In this document: one piece after another, positions 50,187 through 62,529 of the stretch
Numbering within the stretch: position 1 is the stretch's first letter
How the letters are laid out: every line of letters begins with the position of its first letter
Assembly (NCBI GenBank): GCA_028534125.1
Contig: CM052817.1
Coordinates: forward strand, 90,956,001-91,020,000
Length of the DNA: 64,000 nucleotides
Direction: 5' to 3'
Source of the DNA: Lama glama
Taxonomy: Eukaryota
The notes under the pieces: generated by a model
The model's database searches: none
What the model was told of the DNA's origin: nothing
What the model saw: only the letters and a program-made list of their open reading frames with translations
Position numbers and translations under genes: made by a program

Positions 50187-50504
50187 CAGAATATTGCACA
50201 GACACTTCGTTAGGAGCCCTTCTATAACTAAAGGGACCATAGACAATGAAACATACGTCAAAAGAGTATCGCCTGATACGCAGCGATCCAGAGGCTGCGT
50301 CCTAGTGATACATCATTCTGAATTCTGAATTCTGATTGGCAAATCTTTTAACAGGAACATTTGACACTGTAGATCTCTCCTGCTTCATGGCTTCAACAAC
50401 ACCACACTAGGCAAACTCTCTTTCCCTCTGTCACTCTCTCTCTGCCTTCAGGAACAGCTGCCTTTGCCCTAACTATGCACATGGTGTAAGAGACCACTTA
50501 CTGG

Positions 50505-50697
50505 CTGTTTGATTACGGGCAAGTTACTCACTTTCTCTGATTCTGTACTGATCACCTTCAAAAATGGTTCCAATACCATGTCATCATGGATGACATGGAG
50601 GGGTGTTATAAGGATTAAATTAGTTAACATATATTTAAAAACTAAAATGTACTCTAATGCCTGGTGGAAGTAGGTGCCCAGTAAATGCGAGCTTACC
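50505..50697 (+). mobile_element. MIR SINE
   Basis: 'gggcaagttactcactttctctg...gttataaggattaaattagttaa...gcctgg...gtaggtgcccagtaaatg'. Confidence 0.75.
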
Positions 50698-50849
50698 TTC
50701 CTGTCTCCCTTCTACCTTTAGACTGCCTCGAGGAACTGTTTTCTCTTCATTGCTTCATCTCCCATCTCACTCTTCATCTTCCAGAGGCACATCTTCAACC
50801 CCCACTCCTCATCTATTATTCACTCTATTAACCTAATTAGTATCTGTTC

Positions 50850-51270
50850 ATCTATTATCATCCCATATTTCCCCAAATCCCAGGGCTTGACTCTTCTGTC
50901 AGTGCCCCAAGTTCAACATAATAAAATCAGGCTTACTGTTAAATCCACCCCAACCACACTGCCCTGTTGTCCTGCATCCACTCTAGCCCCCCTCTCCCTC
51001 CTCCCCTCTTGTTGAATTGAATCACTATTCTCTCACTCTTTCAGCCTCAAAACCCTTAGATGATGGTGCTCCTTCTTTATCCCTGACAACCAGTCAGCCA
51101 CCAGATCCTGCTACATTTCATGATCTTTCACATTCATCTCTTCTCTGTTACCAGTAATGCCCAGCCCCTCCCCTTATCTCAGGATGGCCACACCCACCCC
51201 AGCCAGTCCTTTACCCCTAGTTGGCCCAAAGGGCACTCTAAGCAGGAGCACTTTTGACCCTATAAGAATG
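50850..51270 (+). mobile_element. L2 fragment (continues after the MLT1D at 51820)
   Basis: 'cagcctcaaaaccctta...ccagtcagccaccagatcctg'. Confidence 0.6.
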
Positions 51271-51289
51271 AACTTTGATATTGGCTTCC

Positions 51290-51815
51290 ATATTCGTTTC
51301 TTATTCTGTAAAACAAATTACCCCAAACTTAGCACCCTAAAATAACATAAATGTATTACCTTACATTTCGGGAGGTCAGAAATCTAAAATGGGCCTCACA
51401 AGGCCAAAATCAAGGAGTCAGCAGGGCTACATTCCTTCTAGAGGCTCTAGAAGATAAACTGTTTCTTTGCCTTTTCCAGCTTCCCAAAGTTGCATGCATG
51501 CCTTGGCTTGTGGACTCCTTCCTTCATCTTCAAAACCAGCAGTGGACCATCCTCCAATCTCTGTCCCTCTCTCTCTTTCTCCCCGCCTCCTCTTCTCATT
51601 CAAATACTCTTGGTTCCCTCTTTCACTTATAAGGACACTTGTGATTACACTGAGCCCAACCAGATAATCCAAGATAACCTCCCCTCTCAAGATCCTTAGC
51701 CTTAATTACTTCTGCAAAGTCCCTTTGCCATGGAAGGTGACATGTTCACAGGTTTCAGGGATTAGGACATAGATACCTCTGGGGGGTAGGGGAGAGCATT
51801 ATTCTACTTACTATA
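51290..51815 (-). mobile_element. MaLR solo LTR (MLT1D-like) nested in L2
   Basis: 'tgtaaaacaaattaccccaaacttagc', 'ccttcttagaggctctag'-like segment, 'ccagataatccaagataacctccc', 'cagggattaggacat'. Confidence 0.88.
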
Positions 51816-51819
51816 TCTA

Positions 51820-52215
51820 CTTTGCCAGTCTTATTTCATAGAATTATCCCACACTTTTCTGTGGGTTCCAGCCCCACTGGTGCTCTTATAATTCCTCAAG
51901 TGAACCATGGTTACCTCTGCCACAGGACCTTTACACATACAGGTCCCTCTGCATTCACCTGATTTCCCCTTAACCATCTTTCAAGCTACACCAAGTGCTC
52001 TGTTAAATACTCCATAGTATCACATACTTTTCTTAGCACACATATCCTGGTTTTCAGTTACACACGTTTTTGTGATTAATGTCTATCTCCCCCACTAGAC
52101 TCTGAGCTCCATGGGAACAGAGGCCATGAATGCTTTTGCTCAGTTTTGCCCCAGAACCTAAAACAGAGATTATATAATATAATATGCATTTAATGAATAT
52201 TTGAGGAATCGCTAA
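51820..52215 (+). mobile_element. L2 3' fragment
   Basis: 'ctgccacaggacctttacacat', 'tctcccccactagactctgagctccatgggaacagaggccatg'. Confidence 0.8.
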
Positions 52216-52339
52216 ATTAGGCCAGTAGGTGATGACCGTCTGCCATCATGGGGGCCTGTGTGGAGTGACATCCCCCTACCCTGTCCCACACACACCAGGG
52301 TCCAAAAAAACTAACATTTACCAGAACCTACAGTAAGCT

Positions 52340-52505
52340 ATAATTTGTCTTATCTCATCTAATTCCCATAACAAATTTCTATCATAATCCTCATTTTACA
52401 GATTAGGAACTGAAGAAAAGAGAGGTTTAAGAATTTACCCAAGAAGACATAAATGGTAGGTCATTGAATCAGGATTCTATCCCAGGCAGGTTGGCTTCCA
52501 AAGAC
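52340..52505 (-). mobile_element. MIR SINE
   Basis: 'atcctcattttacagattaggaactgaag...agaggtttaagaatttacccaag'. Confidence 0.75.
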
Positions 52506-52981
52506 CACACTGGGGCCCTGGGATTATTTTAGATGAGCACCTGGGTGGCTGGGACCATGAACAAACCCAGCTGAAACATCTGGTGAGGAGACCACACCAA
52601 CACTCATACTCACGGGCCCAAATGCATCACACACAATAAACACCCCTTCCAACTTTTCTGTCAACTATTTGGGCAATTGGTGGAGGCCATTCACAGAGGA
52701 CCCACAGTCTGATGCAAGCAGGTCAAATAAAGCAGTCTGAACATGACTTGTGTAAAAGCTCATGGCCCCTACTCGTGAAATGAGGTGGAAGGCAAGGACT
52801 TTGAAAAGTGTGGGCGTGCATAAAGCTCGCCAGAACATTCCCTTTCCTCCTCTGTTTTGTAATTGCTTTTTTTAAACTGACGTATAATTGACATATAACA
52901 TTATATTAGTTTCAGGTGTACAACACACTGATAGATTCCCCTATTATTAATATTATTAATATTAGACTTTTCACAAGTCTA

Positions 52982-53080
52982 TTTTTAAAATTTTTTCCCT
53001 TAATGGAGGCACTGGGGATTGAACACAGGACCTTGTGCATAACAAGCATATGCTCTACCCCTGAGCTATAACTCCCATTC
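52982..53080 (-). mobile_element. tRNA-Ala-derived SINE (Vic-1-like)
   Basis: Antisense head 'atggaggcactggggattgaacacagg...ctgagctata'; TSD ttcaca(a/g)gtcta (52970-52981, 53081-53092). Confidence 0.88.
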
Positions 53081-53244
53081 TTCACAGGTCTAGTAATTAG
53101 CATTATTCCCCTATGATCTTGCTGTATTGTGACATACTTGTTACAACTGAGGAACCAATATTGATATATTATGAACTAAAGCTCATTGTTTACATTAGAG
53201 CTCACACTATGTTTTACAGTTCTGTGGGTTTTGACAGTTGCATA

Positions 53245-53377
53245 AGGAGGAAGGTATAGCTCAAGTGGTGGAGCGCATGCTTAGCACGCACGAGGTCCTG
53301 GGTTCAATCCCCAGTACCTCCATCAAAATAAATAAGGAAATAAATAAAACTAATTACCTCCCCCCACAACAAAAACA
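53245..53377 (+). mobile_element. tRNA-Ala-derived SINE (Vic-1-like)
   Basis: Head ggtatagctcaagtggtggagcgcatgcttagcacgcacgaggtcctgggttcaatccccagtacctcca; tail ctaattacctcccccc; TSD gaca(g/a)ttgcata (53233-53244, 53378-53389). Confidence 0.92.
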
Positions 53378-56253
53378 GACAATTGCATATCATAATTCTC
53401 CATTATAATAATATATAATATATGTAAATTTATATAATATACATTATATATAATAGTCATTATAATAATAACAATGTTATGTATTACCCATTACAGCATC
53501 ACAGAATAGTTTCACTCCCCTGAAAATACCCCACACTCCACCTATTGATTCCTACTCCTCTCCTCCCGCTGCCACCCGCAAACACTTAGAAACCACTGAT
53601 CTCTTACTAAGTTTTTAGCCAGAACCTTCCTTAATGCCACAGAGAGAGCTGTGAACCCCACAGAAGGGGAAAGGAGAAGCTAAGACATGACACAGATCCC
53701 TGCTGGCCTTCCCCTGAAAAGAAAAGAGAACCTAGCAAAGGGCGGAGACCCTGCTAGATTCCATCCGCTCAATGAGGATGTGGCACTGGGGTCAGTTCCT
53801 CCCCCCTCCCCCCTGCAGCCAAGGTAAAGAAGAGGCAGAAGTCCTACCCGGTTATTCGGTAACTCTCTTAACTAGGACAGTTAAATCTCCCTTCTAGACC
53901 ATGGTGATGTGCAAACAAAATAGGACAACTGCAGTGGCACCAAAGAGTTTGCAGGGGCCTCTAGAAGACTCTGAAAACTTGGCTGAGCTTAGCATGGGAG
54001 GTGGAAGAAGACAGAGCTGCTCTAAGGTAACTATGTGCTGCTTGAGCCGAGAAACCAGATCAAGAGACGAGCCAGCCAAGACTGCAGCAGAGATGACCTG
54101 TCTCTTCGAGATGCATCTTTCAAGAAAGCAGAGGAGGGGTAGAGGAACCCCAGAAGCCCTTCAGGAACCCCAGAAGTTCCAACCTGGCTGCTTTTAGAAA
54201 CTGAAAAAAAAAAAAAAGTTAGTTGTTTGTTACACTGCAGAAGCAGGAAATAATAAGCAAATTAATTCTGGATTCACACAATGCCCAGTTCTCCCTGCAG
54301 TGGGAGGAACCCAGAGCACCTTCAGATCTCCTTCCAGTCTTTTCCATTTAAGGCCAAACCCCTGAGACAGGATGTTCAGGAAGATTTTCCAAAACTGGAA
54401 TCCCTGCCTCCCTTCCCCAAAACAATTTCACTGATCAGCCAAGAAAGGGGAATGTGAGAGAATGATGACCACTTTATCCCATGAAACCCGGGAAACCTTC
54501 AGAAACAGAGTAGGGTCTGTTCACCTGCCCTATCAAAAGACCTAAGTGGGTACAATGTTTAATTTGGAATTAGCCATAGCGGGGGTTTGGGAGGCTTGCT
54601 TCACATTTACATTCTTTACTACTTCAGTTTCAGCCTATAGAGGTACATCCTTTATGACATAGAAGTCATATTAAACATTTGCTATAAGGATTCATCTAAA
54701 TCAGAGAGAAAAATAAAATCATGGAAGAGCTCAAATGGAGCTTGAGGTTGGAAGGATGGATATCAAATTGGAGATGGAAGGCAATAACTAGGCTGGGAGA
54801 ACGTGGGTCCACACAGGTAACAGGAAGCATTGTCTCCAAGGAGTCCTGCTTATGAGGTTGGCAAGGTAGGTCCTTGATCACCAGCTCAGAAATTTGGATA
54901 TTTTCCTATCATTTGAGAACAGTAAGCTGTAGATTTCCGAGTAGGAAATAGCTTGGAAGTTTTTCTCTTACCTCACAGGCAATTTCTACCTCTAGCAAAT
55001 AAGCAGCTAAAACAAATTTATAAAATGTATCTATACATCAAGGAAGAAACCAATTCTTTCTCTTTTTTTTAACAACTCACATCAGTATCATTAATTAGCA
55101 TTAATATAGAAAACTGTTTATAACTTGCATTTAACTTCATTGGATTTTTACCAGGTAGCCCAAGTTAGCCCATCAAAACTCTCATAGTGGAATCAAGCAT
55201 GACTTCAACAAACAATTTTAAATTAAAGCACAAAACCCAAGGATAATTCATGAATGTGTTAGCTTTTCTCTCCAGAGCGATTGGCTGGTTTTAGCCATAA
55301 CATATCAATTTTCAGAGAAACAAAAAGTACCTAGGACGTGCCCTCGTGTCTGGGATTACCGTCAACTCAGTTGAAACAAATTCTAAGTTCTGCCTCTAAT
55401 GCTTCTTTTCACAGGTTTAAAGGATGCACTTTGGAGTTTTGCACTGTTGGACATCCAATTTATGTGGTTTTGAGGAGCTGCTAAGCAGTGTATCTTCCAT
55501 CCATTTTAACGATCAAAACTGAATTCCACTGTTAGTATTGTACTATTCTGTACCACCAGTTGCAGACAAGGTGAAAATGGGACATATCTACAGCCCGTTT
55601 TATTAAAAGGGGTTGTAAACAAACTACTCTGCATAGAGCCCTACAAGTTGAGTCAGGCTTTGGGGGTAAAATATGATAAAACATGAGACTGAAACCAGCC
55701 TGCCTACACAGGGGTACCCTCCAAGAGCTTCAAAACATCAGAGTGAATGAGGGAGAACGGCCTCTCCTCAAACAGACTCACAAACTGGAACCATCCTAAA
55801 GGAGGTCGTGGCCATTGTATGAATTCAAAATTAATTTGCTTTATTATTTCCAGTGGCTGCAGTACAACCAACAGCTGACTCTTTTTTTTTTTTCAGTTTC
55901 TAAAAGCAGCCAGGTTGGTGGTGGTTGTCGCCATGAACATCCCATGAATGATTCATTCTCGCTCAAGTGGAACCCGTGGGAAATGTAGCCAATAACTTGG
56001 TTTATTTCTTATCTTCAGTTCTCAGCAGACAACGTGTTTGTCTATATTTTTATAAAGGGTCATAAATTTTTCAGTTAGTGTACAAATACCAACACCATGT
56101 GATTCCATTTGGTTTCAGTCCTCGGGGCTTTGGAGAGAGGAGAAGGAAGACCCCACCATCTTGAGCAACAGCGTGGACCACACTTCCTGCAGCATTCTGG
56201 GAAGTCTGGCTCAGTGACATGCACAGTTATAAATCCTTTGCTGCAACACCAAC

Positions 56254-56267
56254 ACAGCAGGTGGCGT
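56254..56267 (+). promoter_or_regulatory. CTCF-like motif
   Basis: ACAGCAGGTGGCGT matches the core consensus and retains its CpG. Confidence 0.4.
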
Positions 56268-56398
56268 TTAGCCAGATGACTCCCACTGACTTTCCCCTTT
56301 CAACGCTGTTGCAGGAAACTGAGATGTTTAGCCATGTTTCCCCTGCAGGGCTCTCAAAAGCCAAATGAACCCAGCAGCGTGGGGCAGCCTGAGTGTAG

Positions 56399-56403
<5 letters not shown>

Positions 56404-56429
<26 letters not shown>
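56404..56429. repeat. (TG)n microsatellite
   Basis: About 13 perfect TG units. Confidence 0.95.
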
Positions 56430-56588
56430 AACCTCTTGTTCAAATTGGGCAAATTACTTGGGCAGATTACTTCACTCATATGTGAAATTGAGGAAACACC
56501 TTCCAGGATTATTTTGAAGCTGAATTAAAACACTGCATCATCAGTGCCTAACACAGCACTGCACACAGTAGATCCTCAACAAATGTCA
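56430..56588 (+). mobile_element. MIR fragment
   Basis: 'ttgggcaaattactt...ctcatatgtgaaattgagg...cacacagtagatcctcaacaaatgt'. Confidence 0.7.
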
Positions 56589-58319
56589 TCTCTCAAATTG
56601 CTTTCAATTTCCCCATGAAAACGATTTCACCGAAAGGGGAACCTCCATACTTGCCTTACTACCGAGGCAGGAATTACAAGCACACTTATTTGCTGATCTC
56701 AAACCTAATTTTGACGTAAATTCAGTCTCAGTTGAAGCCATACCAGCAATCCACAAAAAAGATGTATCTGAACTACAAAACATGAGCCTCTACTTTATTG
56801 AGGTCCAGTGTAAAGCCACCTAAGTGGCCAGAAAATGTTCCCTATTATAGGATTTCTCAAAGAGTAAAAAAAACTGGGCCCTGTGACTGAGTGACTGCGC
56901 AATGGAACCAGCCGTGGATTAACGAGACACCATCCAGAGCCTGGCAAAGCTCTCCTGTGCTGTCAGGTGGCCATCAGGAAGTACTCATGGAGGTATCATT
57001 TTCAGCCCCCAGGGGTCTCTGTCACAGAAACCCAACGCCCCCCCGGCCTTGGCCTTACAGCCTGCCTTGCTGTGGCCTTTCACCCGACCCACTAAGAGAC
57101 CAACATTTGCTAATGTCACCCGAGGACAACATCACCTGCTTTTCCCTCAGTTCTAAGGCTTGGTGGGGGGGACATACTTTCTGCTGCCATCCTACACTTC
57201 TAGCCCTAGACACATTCTGCTCTCCAGTCAACCTTTTCCCAGCATTACATGCATTTCAGTATTTTTTTTTCCTTCTTGGATGAAGAAAAACATTCATTCC
57301 AAGACACGTTTTTGAAGCAATAAACAGCTCGCTTCTTTGTGGAAAAATAGGCAATTTTCAAGTAACCTTTGGAAGCCTCTAAATAACCCACACATATTTA
57401 TGGCTGAGTGACTCTTTGGAGTGAAGAAACTTTAAACTTGTATTTGCAAAGATTTCCATTAACATCATTGAGCAACCTCTCATCTCATTTTAAAACACAT
57501 GGCTCACTCAACAGAAGAGAATCTGGGTTGTTTTTTTTTTTCTCCCCTCCCTCGGCTTGGCTTCCTAAGCAGAGATTTGATGTGCGCACGAAACACTAGT
57601 GGAAGTTCAATTGGCAAATCTTCACCCAGAGGTCTCGGGGTCCTAGGAGTGAAGACAAAAGCCTTCGTGCTGTCCAGGGGCAGGCTTTTTGTCTCATTTT
57701 AGATGAACCTCCATTTCACCTCACCCCCACTCCTTCCTTCTTGCAAGAATAATTCCCCAAGGGGAAGTGAAAGGGCTCTCATCTTTCCACCACCCCCACA
57801 CTGCACAGAAAGCACTGTTTTTAAAGGGTTTGTTCTCAGGAGAAAATGCCATAAGCTATATTTATCTCTTACTAATCCATTTCTCTCTACTTCGAGATTA
57901 AGGAATTAATGACTGCTACAGCTGCTGTCCTGAGCACATTAATTATTGTAAATTGGCTGCAGCCTCAAAAAAAGCCACTCAACAACAACGGTGAGAGGGC
58001 AAGGTTTATGCAAAGCATCAGAGATCTAACCTAAATAATAAATCAGTGCAGCCATCGAGCCCAAAAAGATATACACCAGCTTAGGCACTGGGTTTTCACC
58101 TCCAGGCTGTAAGCGTAGAGAAGGGTAGCGGTGGGTGAGAGAGGGGAAAAAATACACTGTAGATACACAGAACTTTGCTCAAGACAGATCATATATTAAG
58201 GAATATACTCTTGGATTCATAAAAGCCCACATCATTGCAAGTTCTCTTAGGTCATATTTTGGTATCTTGGCTGTTGCTACATTTGTGAAAGTCCTTGCAG
58301 ACAGGACACAGTGAATATA

Positions 58320-58992
58320 GATATTCAGAGCGACTTGTCTGCCCTGGTTTCCTCACAACCCCACTTGGAAGTCCCCACCCCAAGGTCCACACTCTTCTGT
58401 CCATGCCTTCTGTCCATCCCTTCTGCCACTGTCCTAATTTGGACTTCATCCCCTCCCCGCTAGAGAGCTGCAAACCCTCCCAGCTGGTCCTCCGGCTTCC
58501 GAACGTGTTTCGCCTCACTGCTGCCCGAGTAAGGCTTCTTCAAAGCAAATCATATTATTGAAGCCCTCTCCTTCTGACATTCTGACATATTTCCCCTCTG
58601 CCTCAGGATAAGTTCCCAATTCCTGAACATGATTTCCTAGGGTTTTCATTGTCTCTCTCTCCAGTTTCAACCATTTTAACTCATTATCTCTGCCTTCATT
58701 CTAAATTTCTCAAGTTTCCTTGAGAGAATCCTCTCTCCTGTTTCCTCTCATCACCCAGCCACTGCCCGTGCTGTTCCCTAATTCTTTTCCAATCCCGGTT
58801 GCCCAGCCAACTCTTCCTTGCCATTCAGTTCGCATCTTGCACGTCACCTACAGGAATCCTTCTCTGCCTCCCTCAGTCCTGTTAAGGTCTCCCCCACCCT
58901 CCTGGAGCACGTAGTCCTTCCGCCATCCCAGCACTTAACACAACTCAGCAACTTCCTGCTTTCTGCTTTCTATTCCACTTTCTCTGCAAAGG
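58320..58992 (+). mobile_element. L2 fragment
   Basis: 'ccactcttctgtccat...ctgccactgtcctaa', 'tgcctcaggataagttcccaattcct', ending 'tgcaaagggcagaga'. Confidence 0.65.
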
Positions 58993-58999
58993 GCAGAGA

Positions 59000-59530
59000 T
59001 ACCCTCAAGCGAACCAAGCTGAGTGAGATTTGTTGTAAGGATGCAGGGAGCCTCACAGGCACCTGAGAACACAAGCTTCATAGGAACCAGAACTTAAAAG
59101 CCATCAGAAATTGAAGCCTTTCTTTCCATCTCCCCCACAAAGATCCTAAGATCACAGCAGCATTGCTCCTCTCTGCACCTCACTCCCATTCTTCTCTCTC
59201 TCTCTCAGCCAGCTTTCCCTACATCGGCTCGGCCTGCCAGCCCACCCCAGCCTGTGCCATGTTACCTGACTCTCAACATCACCTTTCATCTTCTGCCTCT
59301 GGTGCTAACAGCTGTCATCTCTCAGCTTCCCAATTCCAAGTTCCTAGAGGAAGAACACGATTGGTCACTCTCATCTCGTGGTTCTGTGCCACATGTGTCT
59401 TATGTATTTTTGCCCTTGATTCAGATCCAATCAGCTTTACATATGAAAGGTGGGGTGTCATGGTACAGAATGTGGCTGCACTCACCTGGGGGTATGGACA
59501 TCTCTGGGACACCCCTGTTACACTCTATCT
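59000..59530 (-). mobile_element. Ancient ERVL/MaLR LTR (LTR33/MLT1K-like), family uncertain
   Basis: 'gatttgttgtaaggatgcagggagcctcacag', 'caattccaagttcctagaggaagaacacgattgg', 'tccaatcagct'. Confidence 0.45.
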
Positions 59531-60444
59531 TCTAGGAGGTAACTAAACTTTCATTGTTACATTCTCATTGCCCAGCAAAGAGTCAGGCACAGTTTGCTGA
59601 GTAATGGCCTAATAAAAATTTATTAGAACTCCCAATCTAGAAGGCACATTCAGAGATCCCCTTTCAGTTAGACCAAGCGGGATAAGCAAATTCTTGATCC
59701 CCAGATAACAAGAAGATAGCTTTTGTTCCTTCAAAGGAGTTGCCCAGATAGGAAGTGTTTTCTGACTCTTAACTTCCCTTAGAGTCCAACCTACCACTTA
59801 GCTGATAACAGCTCCTAGTAGCTTTAACCAAAACAGCAATAATCTTTTGTAACTTCAGCCTGCTTGTTTGACCTCTTCTTCAAGTAATTGCTGACTTGGG
59901 CTTTAGACGTCTAGAGGAAAATCAGATAAAAAGTATAAACAGGATTAAGGCAATCTTTTTACAATTGCCTCAAGATCAGCCCAATTTGAAGTTCACCTCT
60001 AGGCTATGCAGATTTACAAGTCACCGTGACTGTGACTTCTGACTTATGGCAGATATGAAAGGTTCTATCTGAAGTCAGATCTTTTTCAAACAATCTGGGT
60101 TTTCACCCCTTATTACACTTCAAGATCTTTCTCCCCCTCCCTCCGGCCTCCCCACCCTTTTGCCCTATTGCCTTTCAATACTCAAGACCAACCATCTAAA
60201 ATTCTATTTCTAAAACTTCATAGAAACCAGTAATCTCCTGGAAACTGAAAGGAAGGAAGGAAGGGAGGGCTTTTGAATGCTGAATACTCACAAAGCCTTT
60301 ATGGATGAATACATTCATTTGTTTAAAAAAAGGAAAAAAAAAACTTGGAGGTTCACGGGCCTGCAAGAGCTCCACTGCTGGACAGCTCCCTGTCCACCAG
60401 CCACACTCCCTATGCTTTTAAGGCACTGCCACTGAAGGCCCGAA

Positions 60445-60833
60445 CAGTATCCTGTTCCTCACCATAAGTATCACCCAAAGGGCTTGCTGAACATACATAT
60501 TCCCGGAGCCTACCCCACTGACTGAATCAGCATCTCCAAGAATGAACCTGGGAATAAATAATGAACGTGCCCTCGGATGATCCTTCTGAACTGACAAGTT
60601 TGGAAACACTGTCCTTCATTATCTCAGGTGGTTCTTCCCAAAGTGTGTTCCATGCGTGTAGGGGTTCTCATGCCCAGCTGCCTATGGAGTCACCTAGAGA
60701 GCTTCTTACACAAGCCGATGCCCCTACCCAGATCAATTCAGTCAGAAGCTGGAGGGTGGAGAGCCCAGGGGCTTTAAGTCCCACTCACACAGCCAGCGTT
60801 ATTCAAATCAGCAGCCATGGATGAAAACCACTC
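60445..60833. mobile_element. Adjacent MER5-type hAT-Charlie fragments
   Basis: 'actgaatcagcatctcc...agtttggaaacactg' and 'ggggttctca...ggagtcacctagagagcttc...aaaaccact'. Confidence 0.65.
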
Positions 60834-61845
60834 ATACGGCACCAGCTCTGCAAGACGAAACCCAAGGGTACTCAAGGGGAGAATAAGTGTAGAAAGCAGG
60901 AGTCCATCAGGCCCTCTTCCAGATTCCCAGGGCAAGTTGTTCTATCGAAGCCTCTGGAAGTCCTACAACATAGGATCTAGTTTAATTTTATTTAAATGTG
61001 TCTAAAACTATTTAAATTGCTCTCAAATTTCAATTGCAAAAAGAACTTGTTTTGTGTGTTTGCTTGTTTGGTGGCTAAGATGGTTGGTTTTTACATAAAA
61101 TGAATGAACATCCTGTGTAGTGGGAACACACTTAAATAAAGGCTGTGGCCCTGTTTTCTGACTGAAGAACTAGCCCTGATGCCCCAAAGCAGTTTGTGGC
61201 ACCCCCTGTACTACCATTCTGCTTCTACTTAACTCCTCATTTCTATTGACTGTTTCATCTTTTATTCCTACGTCTGGATTGTTGGGTTGGCACTGACTCT
61301 CCCAAACTTGACTGTGGGTTCTTTGCCAAGGAACGTGGATGAGACAGAGCTTTCTCGCCCCTTTCCCTTCATTCAAGCTGACTTGGGGGCAGACTGGAAG
61401 AACAAGCCCAGCCCAAATGCAGTGACATGTCTCTAAGTTGCATGCAAACACATCATGCCCACAGCTTTAATTTCATGACTTCCAGGTTCTCCACTCCAAA
61501 CAAGAAAGGGATGAAAAATGAAAAGAGAGTAGAGATCACACATGATCTGAAGTTTGTCCACAATCAGATCCCTATTGCAGGAAAATTAACACAGGAAGGA
61601 GGATTAAACCAACCTAGCCTCAACATATGCACACGCTTCCCTAAGCTGGCCAATTTCCTGAAGGGGAGCAAAAGGAAGACATTAAAATACTTGAGGAAAG
61701 TGGAGTGAAAAGTAATAGACTCTCTATAAAGAAAAAAGAGAGACAAGGAGAAAAGAAAAACAGTGGATTTTAAATTATTTGACATTAAATTTCTCTCCCA
61801 TTAATACAGCATAAACAATCATCCTGAATAGCAGTAACTCTATGG

Positions 61846-62033
61846 CAGGATCTCTCCACATTATTGACATTTTGAGCGGGATAATTATTTGTTGTGTGCA
61901 CTGTGAGATGTTTAGCAGCATCTCAGGGCACTACCTACTAGATGACCGTGGCATGCCCCTCCCCCATGGCATGGCAATCAAAAATGTCCCCAGACATTGA
62001 CAGATGTCCCTCACCCCAAGTTAAGAAACATTG
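61846..62033. mobile_element. MER20 (hAT-Charlie)
   Basis: 'tattgacattttgagcgggataatt', 'gatgtttagcagcatc', 'caaaaatgtccccagacattg'. Confidence 0.85.
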
Positions 62034-62272
62034 TTCCAAGGCATGACTCCTGTATATAAAACATTATGAAACCCTGCTACCGTGGGGGAAATAAAAAGTT
62101 AAGTTACAAATCTTTTTTCTGAATGATTTCACTGTGATGAGATAACCAAATATGAATAAATTTTTTTATTTCCTATAAAAAATGCTAATTACACTCTTTT
62201 AAATCTTCGGTTGAGGGGTGGGGGCAATGTTTTGGGGGAGAAGGTAAATTTCTAAGCTGCATCTAAAATTTT

Positions 62273-62400
62273 TAAATAAATTTATTTTTATTTTATTTAT
62301 TTTTAATTTTACTTCTTTTTTTTAATGGAGGTACTGGAGATTGAACCCAGGATCTTGTCCATCCTAAGCATGCACTCTACCACTGAGCTATACCCCACCC
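62273..62400 (-). mobile_element. tRNA-Ala-derived SINE (Vic-1-like)
   Basis: Antisense head 'atggaggtactggagattgaacccagg...cactgagctatacccc'; TSD tcta(a/g)aatttt (62262-62272, 62401-62411). Confidence 0.9.
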
Positions 62401-62529
62401 TCTAGAATTTTGTCTTAATTACCAAGAAAGTTGGGGAATTATGAGTTTACTATATAAATGCTAACAGTGTTGCAGGTTAAGAAAAATAAACCAAGTGAAA
62501 AGGGAAACAACAGGCAAGAATTCAAAATA

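Larger units (their letters stand above)
52866..53610 (-). mobile_element. L1 3' UTR fragments (including L1MC-like), interrupted by two SINEs
   Basis: 'ataattgacatataacattatattagtttcaggtgtacaaca'; 'ttgttacaactgaggaaccaatattgata', 'acagaatagtttcactcccct', 'aaccactgatct'. Confidence 0.75.

Noticed and set aside
53250..53322. Apparent tRNA-Ala(AGC) gene (also near 40590-40650)
   Set aside because: Flanked by TSDs and the SINE tail; the acceptor stem has an A-C mismatch and lacks the G3:U70 alanine determinant, so it is a SINE head
54143..54176. 14-bp direct repeat aggaaccccagaag with period 20
   Set aside because: Only two copies; consistent with a small local duplication
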